Positions 16,346 to 25,454 are shown, counted from the first letter of the stretch. The stretch: DNA of 32,000 bases from Candidatus Arthromitus sp. SFB-rat-Yit (GCF_000283555.1 NC_016012.1:961012-993011); one strand, 5' to 3'. The notes: generated from the letters alone by a model not told the origin. Made by a program: numbers and translations.

Positions 16346-18091
16346 CTATTTTCTCAAAATTATTTCGTCATAATAAAATGTTTTAAATATGTTAACTGAA
16401 TTTATTCCAAAAATTCTTCTATTATAAACATCAAATTTCTTACATTGAAACAATGGAATCACAGGCAAATCTTCTTTTAAAATTTCATAAGCTTCAATAT
16501 AAAAATCCTTATTTGACTCTATATCAAAATTTCTATTGATATGCGTTAATATTTCATCTAATCTTTGATTCGAATAAAAAATATGATTATCCATCCCCGA
16601 CGTGTGAAAACTTCTATACCAACTACTACCAGAAATAAACCCATCGCTTACTAAAAATAGATCATAATCATTTTTCTTCGAAATAAAATCAGAAATATTA
16701 TAAATATCGAATTCTTCTTTAATCAATGAGATCCCAGCATTTTTCAAATCTAACTCTATTTTTGGATAAATATTCTGACATAGCTTATCATTTTTTTGGA
16801 CAAGAATTTTAAATTGTAAGGCTTTTCCATCTTTTTCAAAAATATCGTACCTATTTTTAATCCATCCTTGCTCATTCAAAACCCTAACTGCTTCTATTTT
16901 GTTAAAAGTATTTTTCACATTATCCTTGTCATAAAAAAATTTATAAAAAATCCTATCAATCGGACTATCTATAACATTTAATTTTAAGTTTGATACACTT
17001 TCCGCAATTTTATTTTTATCTATAGCCAAATTAATGGCTTTCCTAACAGGAATCTCCTTTAACGATTCATTTGAATGATTAATTCCAATCGAAACATAGC
17101 CATATGAATCAAATATGTATCCATTTAAAAATTGAGCATTCGCTGTTTTTTCGATATTTTCATTATTGAATAAAACATCATACGCTATATCAATATCACC
17201 TGAAATTAAATTTCTTATGTAATTTTCCTCGTCAACTTTTTTAAAAGTTAATGTTTCAATATCTGTTTTACCTTTATAATAGTTTTCATTTGCTTTAAGA
17301 ATTAAATAATTTTCATCCTCATAACCTAAAAATTTAAATACCCCATTTCCAAAAGGTCTCAAATTTCTTTCAAAAATTTCATTTGCCCTACCCTGATAAT
17401 AATATTGACCATAATACAAATAAGAAAGAGGATAAATATTTAAAAGTCCTATCGTTTGAACGCTTGGATTTTCCACAGTAACTCTAAAATTATACTCATC
17501 TATAATTTCAATACCTTCAATAAAATCCACCGATCCACTGTTATACTCCCTCCAATTTTTAATATCCAAAGTTTCTCGATCAAAACTTCCTCTATAATTT
17601 GAATCCATCAAAAATTTATATGTAAAATCAACATCCTTCGTAGTGAGCTTCGTTCCATCTTCCCAAACTAAATCTTCTCTAAGCGAAAAAAAATAAGTCT
17701 TTCTATCCTCTGATACTGTTGGAAGTTGTTTCAAAATGTTTGGAAAAAACTCACCATCAAGCCCTGTTTTCATTAAAGGTTCCCAAATAGCATCAATCAC
17801 CTGATAATCATAATTAGATTCAATTAAATAAGGATTAAAATTAAACTTGTTTAAATACTTTATCCCAACATTCAATATATCTTGCTTTACGATAGCATTA
17901 TTATTTGAAGAATTAAAATTGCTAGCACTTATGTATAATGTATCTTTATCAAATTTTCCCGATCCTTTATATATGTTATCAACTTGTATTTTATTTCCTG
18001 TTTCTCCCTTATTAGATTTGCATGATGAAATGAAACAAAAAATCATAAATATACTCAAAATTAAATTAATTTGTCTTATAAATTTCCTCAT
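16346..18091 (-). CDS. ABC-transporter solute-binding lipoprotein, family 5 (OppA/DppA-like peptide/nickel binding), orphan
   Basis: 581 aa. The signal peptide has the lipobox FISSC. The size and blocks (..WEPLMK.., ..L.EDLVWEDGT.LT..DV.FTY.., ..GNGVFKF.., ..Y..GK..I..L.FK) are typical of SBP_bac_5. GGAGG lies 9 nt before the ATG. No permease or ATPase gene is adjacent. Confidence 0.8.
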   Translation of the reverse strand: MRKFIRQINLILSIFMIFCFISSCKSNKGETGNKIQVDNIYKGSGKFDKDTLYISASNFNSSNNNAIVKQDILNVGIKYLNKFNFNPYLIESNYDYQVIDAIWEPLMKTGLDGEFFPNILKQLPTVSEDRKTYFFSLREDLVWEDGTKLTTKDVDFTYKFLMDSNYRGSFDRETLDIKNWREYNSGSVDFIEGIEIIDEYNFRVTVENPSVQTIGLLNIYPLSYLYYGQYYYQGRANEIFERNLRPFGNGVFKFLGYEDENYLILKANENYYKGKTDIETLTFKKVDEENYIRNLISGDIDIAYDVLFNNENIEKTANAQFLNGYIFDSYGYVSIGINHSNESLKEIPVRKAINLAIDKNKIAESVSNLKLNVIDSPIDRIFYKFFYDKDNVKNTFNKIEAVRVLNEQGWIKNRYDIFEKDGKALQFKILVQKNDKLCQNIYPKIELDLKNAGISLIKEEFDIYNISDFISKKNDYDLFLVSDGFISGSSWYRSFHTSGMDNHIFYSNQRLDEILTHINRNFDIESNKDFYIEAYEILKEDLPVIPLFQCKKFDVYNRRIFGINSVNIFKTFYYDEIILRK

Positions 18092-18149
18092 TTATAAATG
18101 CCTCCACAATTTGTATTAAATATAGTATTTACAACAAAATTGTAATTTA

Positions 18150-18185
18150 TTTAAAAAATAAAAAAGGAGAGGAAAAATCCTCTCC
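18150..18185 (-). terminator. rho-independent terminator after paralogue P1
   Basis: On the minus strand, GGAGAGGA, a TTTT loop, then TCCTCTCC, followed by TTTTTTATTTTTT. Confidence 0.85.
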
Positions 18186-18190
18186 AATTA

Positions 18191-21100
18191 TTAATACGCC
18201 AATCCCATAGAAGCAACATATTGTTTGAATTCTGATTCATTCATCATCTCACTAGCTATTTTTATTCTCAAATCTGCTAATGACTCTAATTGTACTCTAT
18301 ACTCATCATATTTTCCTATCCAATATTTTTGTCCTTCTTCTTCTGGATCTCTTCCTACAACTATTTGGTACATCATTTTTATAAAATCTTCTTTGTTTAG
18401 ATATCTATTTATGAATTCATCTTGTTTCATTAAGCCATAAATAAATTGAGTTACTGTTAATTCTTTAGATTCTAATCTTTGAACCCAGAATTTCCATCCT
18501 TCAACCTCTGGCTGGCGTCCAAGTGAAGCAAGATAAATTTTTGATACAAATTCTGCAACTTTTCCAGTAGGTGGCTCTATTGCTGGTTTTGTTGTGAAAG
18601 TATTGATTTTATATCTAGTCAATAAACCATTCTCAAGTTTGAAAGTTATTTCTAGACTATTGTATTCAGTCATTGGTTTCAAGTCACTTAATCTTAAAGT
18701 TAATGTGCTTACATCCCAAGTAAATTTAATACTTTCATTGTTTAATGCTACGCTAGATATTTTAGATTGTGGATTTGAAAACAGTTCAAACACGATTTCT
18801 GCTGTTGTATCTGTAGTAGTTATTGTAGTTCCTTTTACATCTACAGATGAAGCTTGAGGTGTAGTTATCTTTGCGTACTTTGATAAAGTTTGTTCTTTAT
18901 TATCTTTATCTCTCCAAATGAAATCAAGTTTGTATACTGTTTCAGTTTTTGGCTCTAGATTTGTAAACTTCAACAATCCACCTTCTAAAACCAACTCTAC
19001 ATTAGGATTATTCGCTGGCTTTTGGAAATCAATTCTTACAAATCTATCATTCAAATCATCAACTAACACTGGAATTTCAGCTTTTCTAGCCTCTAATGTC
19101 TTAGCATCAAATAAAGTTACATTAAATGCATCTGTTCCTGTTAACTCTGGACCTGTTTCGTTATCAAGATTTACACCTGGAACTTGATGAATACCTGTAG
19201 TTGTAAAAACTACTCCTGTGACTGCAGAAGGTGCTGTAGCTATACTAATATTAGTTATTTTATTAATCGTATTTAATACTTGTCTTGTAACAAGCTCTCT
19301 CTTATCAATATCAACGTAGCTGAGTTCAAGAATTAAGAATCCATAATCTCTCTTCTCTGATAAATTGTAAAGAGTTAAGATGAAATATATTTTGTCTTTT
19401 CCTTCAATTCTCTCAACCTTAAACTTCTCATCACCTTTGAGTCCATTAACAGTTAAATCTTTAATAGTTACATCACTATTATCAACTTCTATAACATACC
19501 TTAGAGCTGTTTTATCATTTTTAACAGCAGGCATTACTAACTTATTTGGAAGTTCAACATTTAATTTTGGATAGAATACCTCAACAGTATCACTTCCAGA
19601 AACAGTTGATGTAAACATTCCACTTGTAGTATTAACATATTTCTTCTCTGGATCAAGCTCTATATAAAGTTTAGGCTCTGTAAAATTTGAAGTCCTAATA
19701 GATAAAGTATGAGTAAGCACAGTTGTTACTGTTGTAGTACCACTTATACTAGATGTCATTATTTGAGATAAAAATATAGTCTTTGTTACATCCTTTTCTT
19801 CTGGTTTTGCTGTTACATGTAACTTTCTAAATGTGTATGGAGTTGACCTCTCTAGTCCTGTTACATGCAGGTATCCACCCCTCTCTGGTTTATCTGTATC
19901 AATTAAAGCAACAGATGCTGGATATTTATTTAATCTATCATCTTCAACTTCCATTTTTGTTATAGTCTTATCTTTATCAAATATCTTTAACGTATTAAAT
20001 CTTACACTGTTACCATTAGTTCTCAATGCTATATTTGAAGCTGTAGTTGATATCATTTGTTCATAATCAAAATAAGTCGTATCATCAATTGAATTAAAAT
20101 CAATATTCATCGCTGAAGGTGTACTATTAGTATGCGTATATATCATTTCTGCTGCTGTTAATGTAGAATTATCTACCTTATAAGTTTCAAATAATGGTAG
20201 CTGTTTACCAGTCTTGAAGTTTGTCATACTGAATCCTTCAAGATAATTAACAACACTCTTTGTGTTAGGATCAGAGTAATAGGTAACGTTCTTATTAAGT
20301 GCAACAAACTGATAATTTGTATTTGTCTTCATTTTTTCAAATGCTTGGTAATCCTCAGGGTTCTTTATATCAAATCTAACAGCCATTCCCTCTGCATTTA
20401 GATTCATATTGGACGTTGTCGTTGTTCTAACATTATTAGTTACAGCGTTATTAACCAATGAATCTTCCGCTATAATACTTCTCAAGTAATCCATACTATC
20501 TGGAAATATTGATTCCCCATCATAGAGTACTGTAACTTGCTTAGGAGAAATATCATCAACATCTTTAAATGTAAACATTAAGTTTGGAATTCCACCAGTA
20601 TAACTCCCAGTATTGGATTCAAATATTGCTCTAAGAGCCCTTGCTAATTGTGCTCTGTGAGTTATCTCTGGTATACCTGCTGGATGAGAAGGAGCAGATG
20701 TTGATAAATTAGTTCTAACTCCATTGATATCATCAATCATTTCATTTGCAGCTTTAATCATAAAATCTCTTAAACTAGCTGTTACAGTTGTTGGTGTTGT
20801 TCCTCCGGTAATACTTGAATCCATAAAAACAATATTCTGAGAATCAAAAGAAGATACAAGAGATACTGTTGCTAGAACATCAAGCACCTTACCAGTTAAT
20901 ATGAAATCTGCCTTCGCTTTCCCTTGGAAAGTATACATTCCACTTTCAACTGTAGTTTCTGTAGTTGATATTATTAAATCTACTCCACCAATTGTACTTC
21001 TAAACTGTGAAATAGTACCAGATGGCTTAGCTGTAGGATCTATCCTATTATCATTTATCGCTCTTGGAGTTAACCCATAAGTTGCTATACGACTCATATC

Positions 21101-21631
21101 GGCTACAACATCAAAAGCATCTTCTGGAATTTCTTGAACATCAAATGAATCTTGAACATTATTATCGATTATTACTTCCTCTGTTACTTCATCTACTTTT
21201 TCATTTCCTTGATTATTTTCTCCTGATCCGGACATGGCAACTCCATCCTCTTGATTATTTTTTTGATCTTGTAAATCGTGTACGCTGTCATCACTGCTGC
21301 TGTCAATTTGTATTTGACTGTCTTGACTGATTGTTTCGTCGACCTCAACAACTTTTTCAAAATCTTCTTGCTTTTCAAATTCCACTTCTTCAAAATCTCC
21401 TTCCTCCACTAATATTGTTTTCTCGTCATTAGTAGATTCTTGAGAGTTTTGAAATGATTGTTCATTTTCACTCGTGACCGTTTCTATATGTTCTGATATT
21501 TGCACCTCTTCTACGCCTTCAGCTGTATTTTCACCAATTCTACTTTTATTAATTCCTCCATTAGCTTGCTCCATAATTTTGTTATAAATTGTATTAAAAT
21601 TTAAAGAATTATTATCGTTTTGGTCTTTCAT
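18191..21631 (-). CDS. giant modular protein, paralogue P1: acidic E/Q/D-rich N-terminus, no signal peptide, conserved N-domain, FN3/Ig-like modules, double DUF4214-like C-terminal tail
   Basis: The uninterrupted ORF is collinear with the three upstream paralogues (see findings). The probable start is the ATG at 21631 (MKDQNDNN..), with AAAGGAA 9 nt upstream. The track start at 21670 has no RBS. The C-terminus reads ..VAEFVSKIYLASLGRQPEVEGWKFWVQRL...FIKMMYQIVVGRDPEEEGQKYW.. Confidence 0.9.
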   Translation of the reverse strand: MKDQNDNNSLNFNTIYNKIMEQANGGINKSRIGENTAEGVEEVQISEHIETVTSENEQSFQNSQESTNDEKTILVEEGDFEEVEFEKQEDFEKVVEVDETISQDSQIQIDSSSDDSVHDLQDQKNNQEDGVAMSGSGENNQGNEKVDEVTEEVIIDNNVQDSFDVQEIPEDAFDVVADMSRIATYGLTPRAINDNRIDPTAKPSGTISQFRSTIGGVDLIISTTETTVESGMYTFQGKAKADFILTGKVLDVLATVSLVSSFDSQNIVFMDSSITGGTTPTTVTASLRDFMIKAANEMIDDINGVRTNLSTSAPSHPAGIPEITHRAQLARALRAIFESNTGSYTGGIPNLMFTFKDVDDISPKQVTVLYDGESIFPDSMDYLRSIIAEDSLVNNAVTNNVRTTTTSNMNLNAEGMAVRFDIKNPEDYQAFEKMKTNTNYQFVALNKNVTYYSDPNTKSVVNYLEGFSMTNFKTGKQLPLFETYKVDNSTLTAAEMIYTHTNSTPSAMNIDFNSIDDTTYFDYEQMISTTASNIALRTNGNSVRFNTLKIFDKDKTITKMEVEDDRLNKYPASVALIDTDKPERGGYLHVTGLERSTPYTFRKLHVTAKPEEKDVTKTIFLSQIMTSSISGTTTVTTVLTHTLSIRTSNFTEPKLYIELDPEKKYVNTTSGMFTSTVSGSDTVEVFYPKLNVELPNKLVMPAVKNDKTALRYVIEVDNSDVTIKDLTVNGLKGDEKFKVERIEGKDKIYFILTLYNLSEKRDYGFLILELSYVDIDKRELVTRQVLNTINKITNISIATAPSAVTGVVFTTTGIHQVPGVNLDNETGPELTGTDAFNVTLFDAKTLEARKAEIPVLVDDLNDRFVRIDFQKPANNPNVELVLEGGLLKFTNLEPKTETVYKLDFIWRDKDNKEQTLSKYAKITTPQASSVDVKGTTITTTDTTAEIVFELFSNPQSKISSVALNNESIKFTWDVSTLTLRLSDLKPMTEYNSLEITFKLENGLLTRYKINTFTTKPAIEPPTGKVAEFVSKIYLASLGRQPEVEGWKFWVQRLESKELTVTQFIYGLMKQDEFINRYLNKEDFIKMMYQIVVGRDPEEEGQKYWIGKYDEYRVQLESLADLRIKIASEMMNESEFKQYVASMGLAY

Positions 21632-21726
21632 GAATTTTGATTCCTTTAAAATTAATTGATTCAATATCATTATTAGTTGTAAGAATAATGTTTTATGACA
21701 AATTTAATGAACTTTATTTCACAAAA

Positions 21727-21762
21727 CAAAAAAAAATTAAAGAGTCAACAATAATTGACCCT
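21727..21762 (-). terminator. rho-independent terminator after the small DUF1659-like gene
   Basis: On the minus strand, AGGGTCAA, a TTATTG loop, then TTGACTCT (8 bp including one G-U pair), followed by TTAATTTTTTTTT. Confidence 0.75.
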
Positions 21763-21802
21763 TTTTATAAAAATTATACTATAGATGTTACTCTATATTA
21801 AA

Positions 21803-22084
21803 TTACTCCATTACACTATCTATTAAGTTAGTTGTAACAACTTTAATATCATATCTTGTGTGTTCAATTACTTTTGATACAGATTTTGCTACTTCACTTA
21901 AAGCATCATTTGTTGCTCCTTGCTTTATACCTGAAATAGTTTTTGTAAATCTTCTTATCGTTCCATCATCCTCATCAAAATAAAAAGTTATTACCAAATT
22001 ACTTGTTAATGTTGTAGATGTTATAACTTGTGCATCCATTAAATCAATTTGTTCCATATTTTGTTCCATATTCATATTCTCCAA
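21803..22084 (-). CDS. small protein resembling the DUF1659/DUF2922 family of Firmicutes, embedded in the paralogue array
   Basis: ..LVITFYFDEDDGTIRRFTKTISGIKQGATNDALSEVAKSVSKVIEHT.YDIKVVTTNLI fits my recollection of the DUF1659 pattern (l.l.F..G.de.G.p....ksf.nik.dAtde.l..va.al.sL.......v......l). The track start is a TTG. The ATG at 22069 (MEQNMEQ..) has GGAG 9 nt upstream and is the more likely start. Confidence 0.6.
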   Translation of the reverse strand: MENMNMEQNMEQIDLMDAQVITSTTLTSNLVITFYFDEDDGTIRRFTKTISGIKQGATNDALSEVAKSVSKVIEHTRYDIKVVTTNLIDSVME

Positions 22085-22094
22085 AAATATATTA

Positions 22095-22164
22095 CTTAAA
22101 AATAATAGATGAACTCAATGCAAGGGGTTCTTCTGTGAAATACGGGTGAACTTGAGTTCATCTA
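22095..22164 (-). terminator. long-loop hairpin plus U-run between P2 and the small gene (terminator or leader element)
   Basis: A perfect 13-bp stem (22106-22118 TAGATGAACTCAA / 22152-22164 TTGAGTTCATCTA) encloses a comparatively GC-rich 33-nt loop. On the minus strand it is followed by TTATTTTTAAG. It ends only about 20 nt before the RBS of the small gene. Confidence 0.5.
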
Positions 22165-22215
22165 CTCTAAATAATATTATCTACAACAAAATTTATTACA
22201 AAAAATTTTAAAACT

Positions 22216-25200
22216 TTAATATATAAGTCCTATCCTACTCACTAACTCTTTAAATTCCGGCTGATCCATCATTTCTCTCGCTATCTTAATTCTTAGCTGT
22301 GCGATAGTCGAAACTTCATTCCTATATTCAACATATTTTCCTTCCCAATATCTTTGCCCTTCCTCTTCTGCCTCTCTGTCTACTATTAAAGTGTACATTG
22401 TTGAAACAAATTTCGATTTAGTAAGTTCCCTGTCAACAAATTCTGGTTGAGTCATTAAATTCTCAGCTATAAATTCCGTAGCTGAAAGCTCTTTACTCTG
22501 AAGTTTTTCTATCCAGAAATTCCATCCTCCACCTTCAGGCTCACGTCCAAGAGCAATATTATATACTCTTCTTACAAATTCAGCTACCTCTCCTTTTGGT
22601 TTATTCTCATCGACAACCGTTTTAAAAGTTCCCAGTGGATATTCAACACTCTTTCCATTTTCTAAATTTATCCTTATAATTACGTTCGTGTATGTGTATT
22701 CTGGTTTAAGTCCTTCTAATTTTATTGTGTTTGTATCGTTATCCCATGTTGATTTAAAAACATTATTTAAATCATCATAAACTGATACAGATTTTACTTT
22801 TGATTTTGGCTCTGAATATGTGTTTAATTTAATATTTACCTTAGTTGGATCAACTACATTTATATCTGCAGATTTAATATCATAATCTGGTGTTTCTGTT
22901 GTTGTTAATCTAACATATCTTTTTATTTGATTCGCTTCTCTAGCAGTCGTATTATTACAATTAAATATTACAGTAAACATTCCACTTGTTTCTGGTTTCA
23001 AATCACTAAATTGTAATACAAAGTTGTCATAACTTACTTTTGCATCTGGATTATCGTCAGGATTTTTAACCTCGATTGAATCTATCCTATTTTCCAAATC
23101 ATCAATTAAAATTGGAACTCTTGCAACTCTTGCGTACGATGAACTAAAATTATCATTTAATGAAATTTGTACAGCTTCTTCAACTGGTAATGGTTCACCC
23201 TCAGTTGTGTTATCATATTTAATGTTTTCACCTTTTGATGGATTTAATGTTGATAAACTTTTTCTAGCAATCTGAACATTTCCATTGCTATCTAAATAAT
23301 TTAATTCCAAAATTACAAATCCATAATCTTTATTCTTCGTCAAATTATTAAGCGTCACTATATAATAATTTTCCTTCTGCGTTTTATCTATCATCTTTTC
23401 TACTCGGTATGTTTCAGAGTCCGTAAGACTTGTAACATTAAGATCTAAAACATTCCCTTGTTTATTATCAACTTTAAATACATATCTTAATGCAGAATCA
23501 GAATTCTTAACAATGTTAGTATCAAGACCATTTGGAAGCTTAATCATCGAAGAATTCGTGCCAGCTAATTGAATTTTTGGTTCTGGCTCTTTTAATGTAA
23601 CTACAGGTTCATAATTTTGTTTAACAGTTCCATTATCATAATAACCTAAATTCAATTCTTGAGTTGTCGTTCTTCCATTCATATCTGATGTTATAAATAA
23701 TTTTGTAAACACATATGGCGTACTACTCTTAAGCCCATTTACCTCAATTGAAAAAGTATCCGTATTCTCCAAAGTCAAACTACAATTATATCTATAACCT
23801 TGATCATCCTGAATCTCAACTCTTGATATACTTCTATCAGTATCTTTGAAAGTTATATTTCTAAATCTTATAGAATTTGTTGTAATAAAAATATCTTGCT
23901 CACTTGTCCCATATGATTTCATATCCAAATAAACGCCATCTTTAAATTGAGTGACATACATATCATTTTTAGCAGTACCTTGTAAATTTTGTGAAGTCGT
24001 TTCATATAAATTAGATTTTCCTGCATTTTTAGATACAAATAACGCTGGAGCTTTTCCAGTTTTACAGTTACTCAATCCCGTTAAAGTCAACTTAACATCA
24101 TCACCAACAGTTATATCTCGATTCACTTCCTGTTCCTCTAAAGCATTCAAAGTATAAACCGTATTAGTACGAAGCTTATCTCCAATTGTGTTTTCATTCT
24201 CATTTCTAATTACAATTCTTAAAGCAACATCACTAGCTCTTATTTCACCTTCTGAACTCATGCTTGATAAATCAATAATATTTTTAATATACTTTTCTTT
24301 ATCTGGTGCAAAGTCCGAACTCATCTTAACTTTTTTCACACCACCATTACCATCAAATGATAATTGTGCATTCATATCATCTAAAATTTTAGAAAGAGCA
24401 TCACGAAGTTTTTTCCTCTCTACAGTTTCATTTGAATTTTTCTTCGCTTCCTCATATGCTTTAATAATTAAATCTCCAAGAGTGCCTTCATCATAATTTC
24501 TTATTACATAAGTTGAAATTTTAACTTCTTGTTCTGTATCTTCTTGCTCTGCATCATCTTTTTCCGTAGTGTCTTCTTCTGTATCAGTATTATCATCCTC
24601 TACAGAATCATCATCACCTGTAGTTCCATCTTCTCCAGGTTTTGAAGGTTCTGAAGGTTCTTCAGGTGATGGAGTAGTTTCTGATGGTGGTTGTGGTTGA
24701 GAGGTTTCTCCATTTTCTTCATTTTCATCTCCTGCTTCACCTTGACCAGGGTTTGATCCAGCATTGTCGCTTCCACTTCCATCTTGTACACCATCTTCAG
24801 TTTCGCCCCCTTCTACCTCATCTCCATCTTCTTCTGAACCTTGGTCACCATTTGGCTTATCGCTATCACCTTCACCTTCTGAAGGTTTATCCACTTCTTC
24901 ACCTTCTGAATTTTCTGGAGGTGTTGTTTCAATCACTTTTTTATTTAATATTTCACCTGATAATTTTAAACTCAACTCTATTGTTCCATAAGGTGTGTAT
25001 GATTCTCCAGAACCAAGCAATTCAGAACTACCTAAGCTCTTAATAATTTGAACTTGGCTTTGATTTGTTTTATCTGGTTGTGATGGTTGTTCAGGACTAT
25101 TCTCAACATTAGGTGGTTCTGTACCATTTGATGGTGGAGTTACTGGTGTAGTCGACGGATCTTGAACACTATCCCCCTCACTACTACTTTCATCTTGATC

Positions 25201-25434
25201 TACAGAACTGTCGTCTGTTGTTGGGGCATCAACTACAACATCTCCATCTCTCAAACTTGAATTTAAATATGCATAAATCAATTTATTATCTTCACCCGTT
25301 TCAACAGCCGCACGATCCAAAGCCATTGTAACTTCCATATTTTTTTTCATATTATAAGGCATAAGATGTCCTGAAAAAATATTTGATGTAATAAACATCA
25401 CAACTAACATAAAGCTAACTTTCCTCTTATTCAT
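22216..25434 (-). CDS. giant modular protein, paralogue P2: plain (non-lipobox) signal peptide, two acidic/Pro-rich tracts, conserved N-domain, FN3/Ig-like modules, double DUF4214-like tail
   Basis: 1072 aa. AGGGAGGG RBS lies about 7 nt before the ATG. The N-terminus MNKRKVSFMLVVMFITSNIFSG has no Cys. The protein is collinear with P1, P3 and P4. The C-terminus reads ..VAEFVRRVYNIALGREPEGGGWNFWIEKL...FVSTMYTLIVDREAEEEGQRYW.. Confidence 0.92.
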   Translation of the reverse strand: MNKRKVSFMLVVMFITSNIFSGHLMPYNMKKNMEVTMALDRAAVETGEDNKLIYAYLNSSLRDGDVVVDAPTTDDSSVDQDESSSEGDSVQDPSTTPVTPPSNGTEPPNVENSPEQPSQPDKTNQSQVQIIKSLGSSELLGSGESYTPYGTIELSLKLSGEILNKKVIETTPPENSEGEEVDKPSEGEGDSDKPNGDQGSEEDGDEVEGGETEDGVQDGSGSDNAGSNPGQGEAGDENEENGETSQPQPPSETTPSPEEPSEPSKPGEDGTTGDDDSVEDDNTDTEEDTTEKDDAEQEDTEQEVKISTYVIRNYDEGTLGDLIIKAYEEAKKNSNETVERKKLRDALSKILDDMNAQLSFDGNGGVKKVKMSSDFAPDKEKYIKNIIDLSSMSSEGEIRASDVALRIVIRNENENTIGDKLRTNTVYTLNALEEQEVNRDITVGDDVKLTLTGLSNCKTGKAPALFVSKNAGKSNLYETTSQNLQGTAKNDMYVTQFKDGVYLDMKSYGTSEQDIFITTNSIRFRNITFKDTDRSISRVEIQDDQGYRYNCSLTLENTDTFSIEVNGLKSSTPYVFTKLFITSDMNGRTTTQELNLGYYDNGTVKQNYEPVVTLKEPEPKIQLAGTNSSMIKLPNGLDTNIVKNSDSALRYVFKVDNKQGNVLDLNVTSLTDSETYRVEKMIDKTQKENYYIVTLNNLTKNKDYGFVILELNYLDSNGNVQIARKSLSTLNPSKGENIKYDNTTEGEPLPVEEAVQISLNDNFSSSYARVARVPILIDDLENRIDSIEVKNPDDNPDAKVSYDNFVLQFSDLKPETSGMFTVIFNCNNTTAREANQIKRYVRLTTTETPDYDIKSADINVVDPTKVNIKLNTYSEPKSKVKSVSVYDDLNNVFKSTWDNDTNTIKLEGLKPEYTYTNVIIRINLENGKSVEYPLGTFKTVVDENKPKGEVAEFVRRVYNIALGREPEGGGWNFWIEKLQSKELSATEFIAENLMTQPEFVDRELTKSKFVSTMYTLIVDREAEEEGQRYWEGKYVEYRNEVSTIAQLRIKIAREMMDQPEFKELVSRIGLIY

Positions 25435-25454
25435 TTCAAAACCCTCCCTAGTAT

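Noticed and set aside
18225-21330. Plus-strand ORFs of 64-89 aa (18225-18440, 18594-18857, 18918-19187, 19380-19574, 19833-20066, 21064-21330) and the alternate-frame minus-strand ORF at 21193-21393.
   Set aside because: All lie entirely inside the 1146-codon P1 ORF, whose reading frame is supported by three paralogues. They have no RBS and low-complexity S/L/F-rich translations typical of antisense frames in AT-rich genes.
22119-22151. The GC-richer 33-nt loop of the long hairpin as a known riboswitch (preQ1, guanidine, fluoride and ZTP classes considered).
   Set aside because: It does not fit any consensus I can recall, and it lacks the complementary segments those folds need. It is left as an unclassified structured element.
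23951-25043. Plus-strand ORFs (23951-24157, 24188-24496, 24684-25043, 24764-24991) and the minus-strand alternate-frame ORF at 24600-24794, all inside P2.
   Set aside because: They coincide with the purine-rich acidic tract, where stop codons are rare in every frame. The translations are repetitive (HL/LH, SP runs). No start signals are present.
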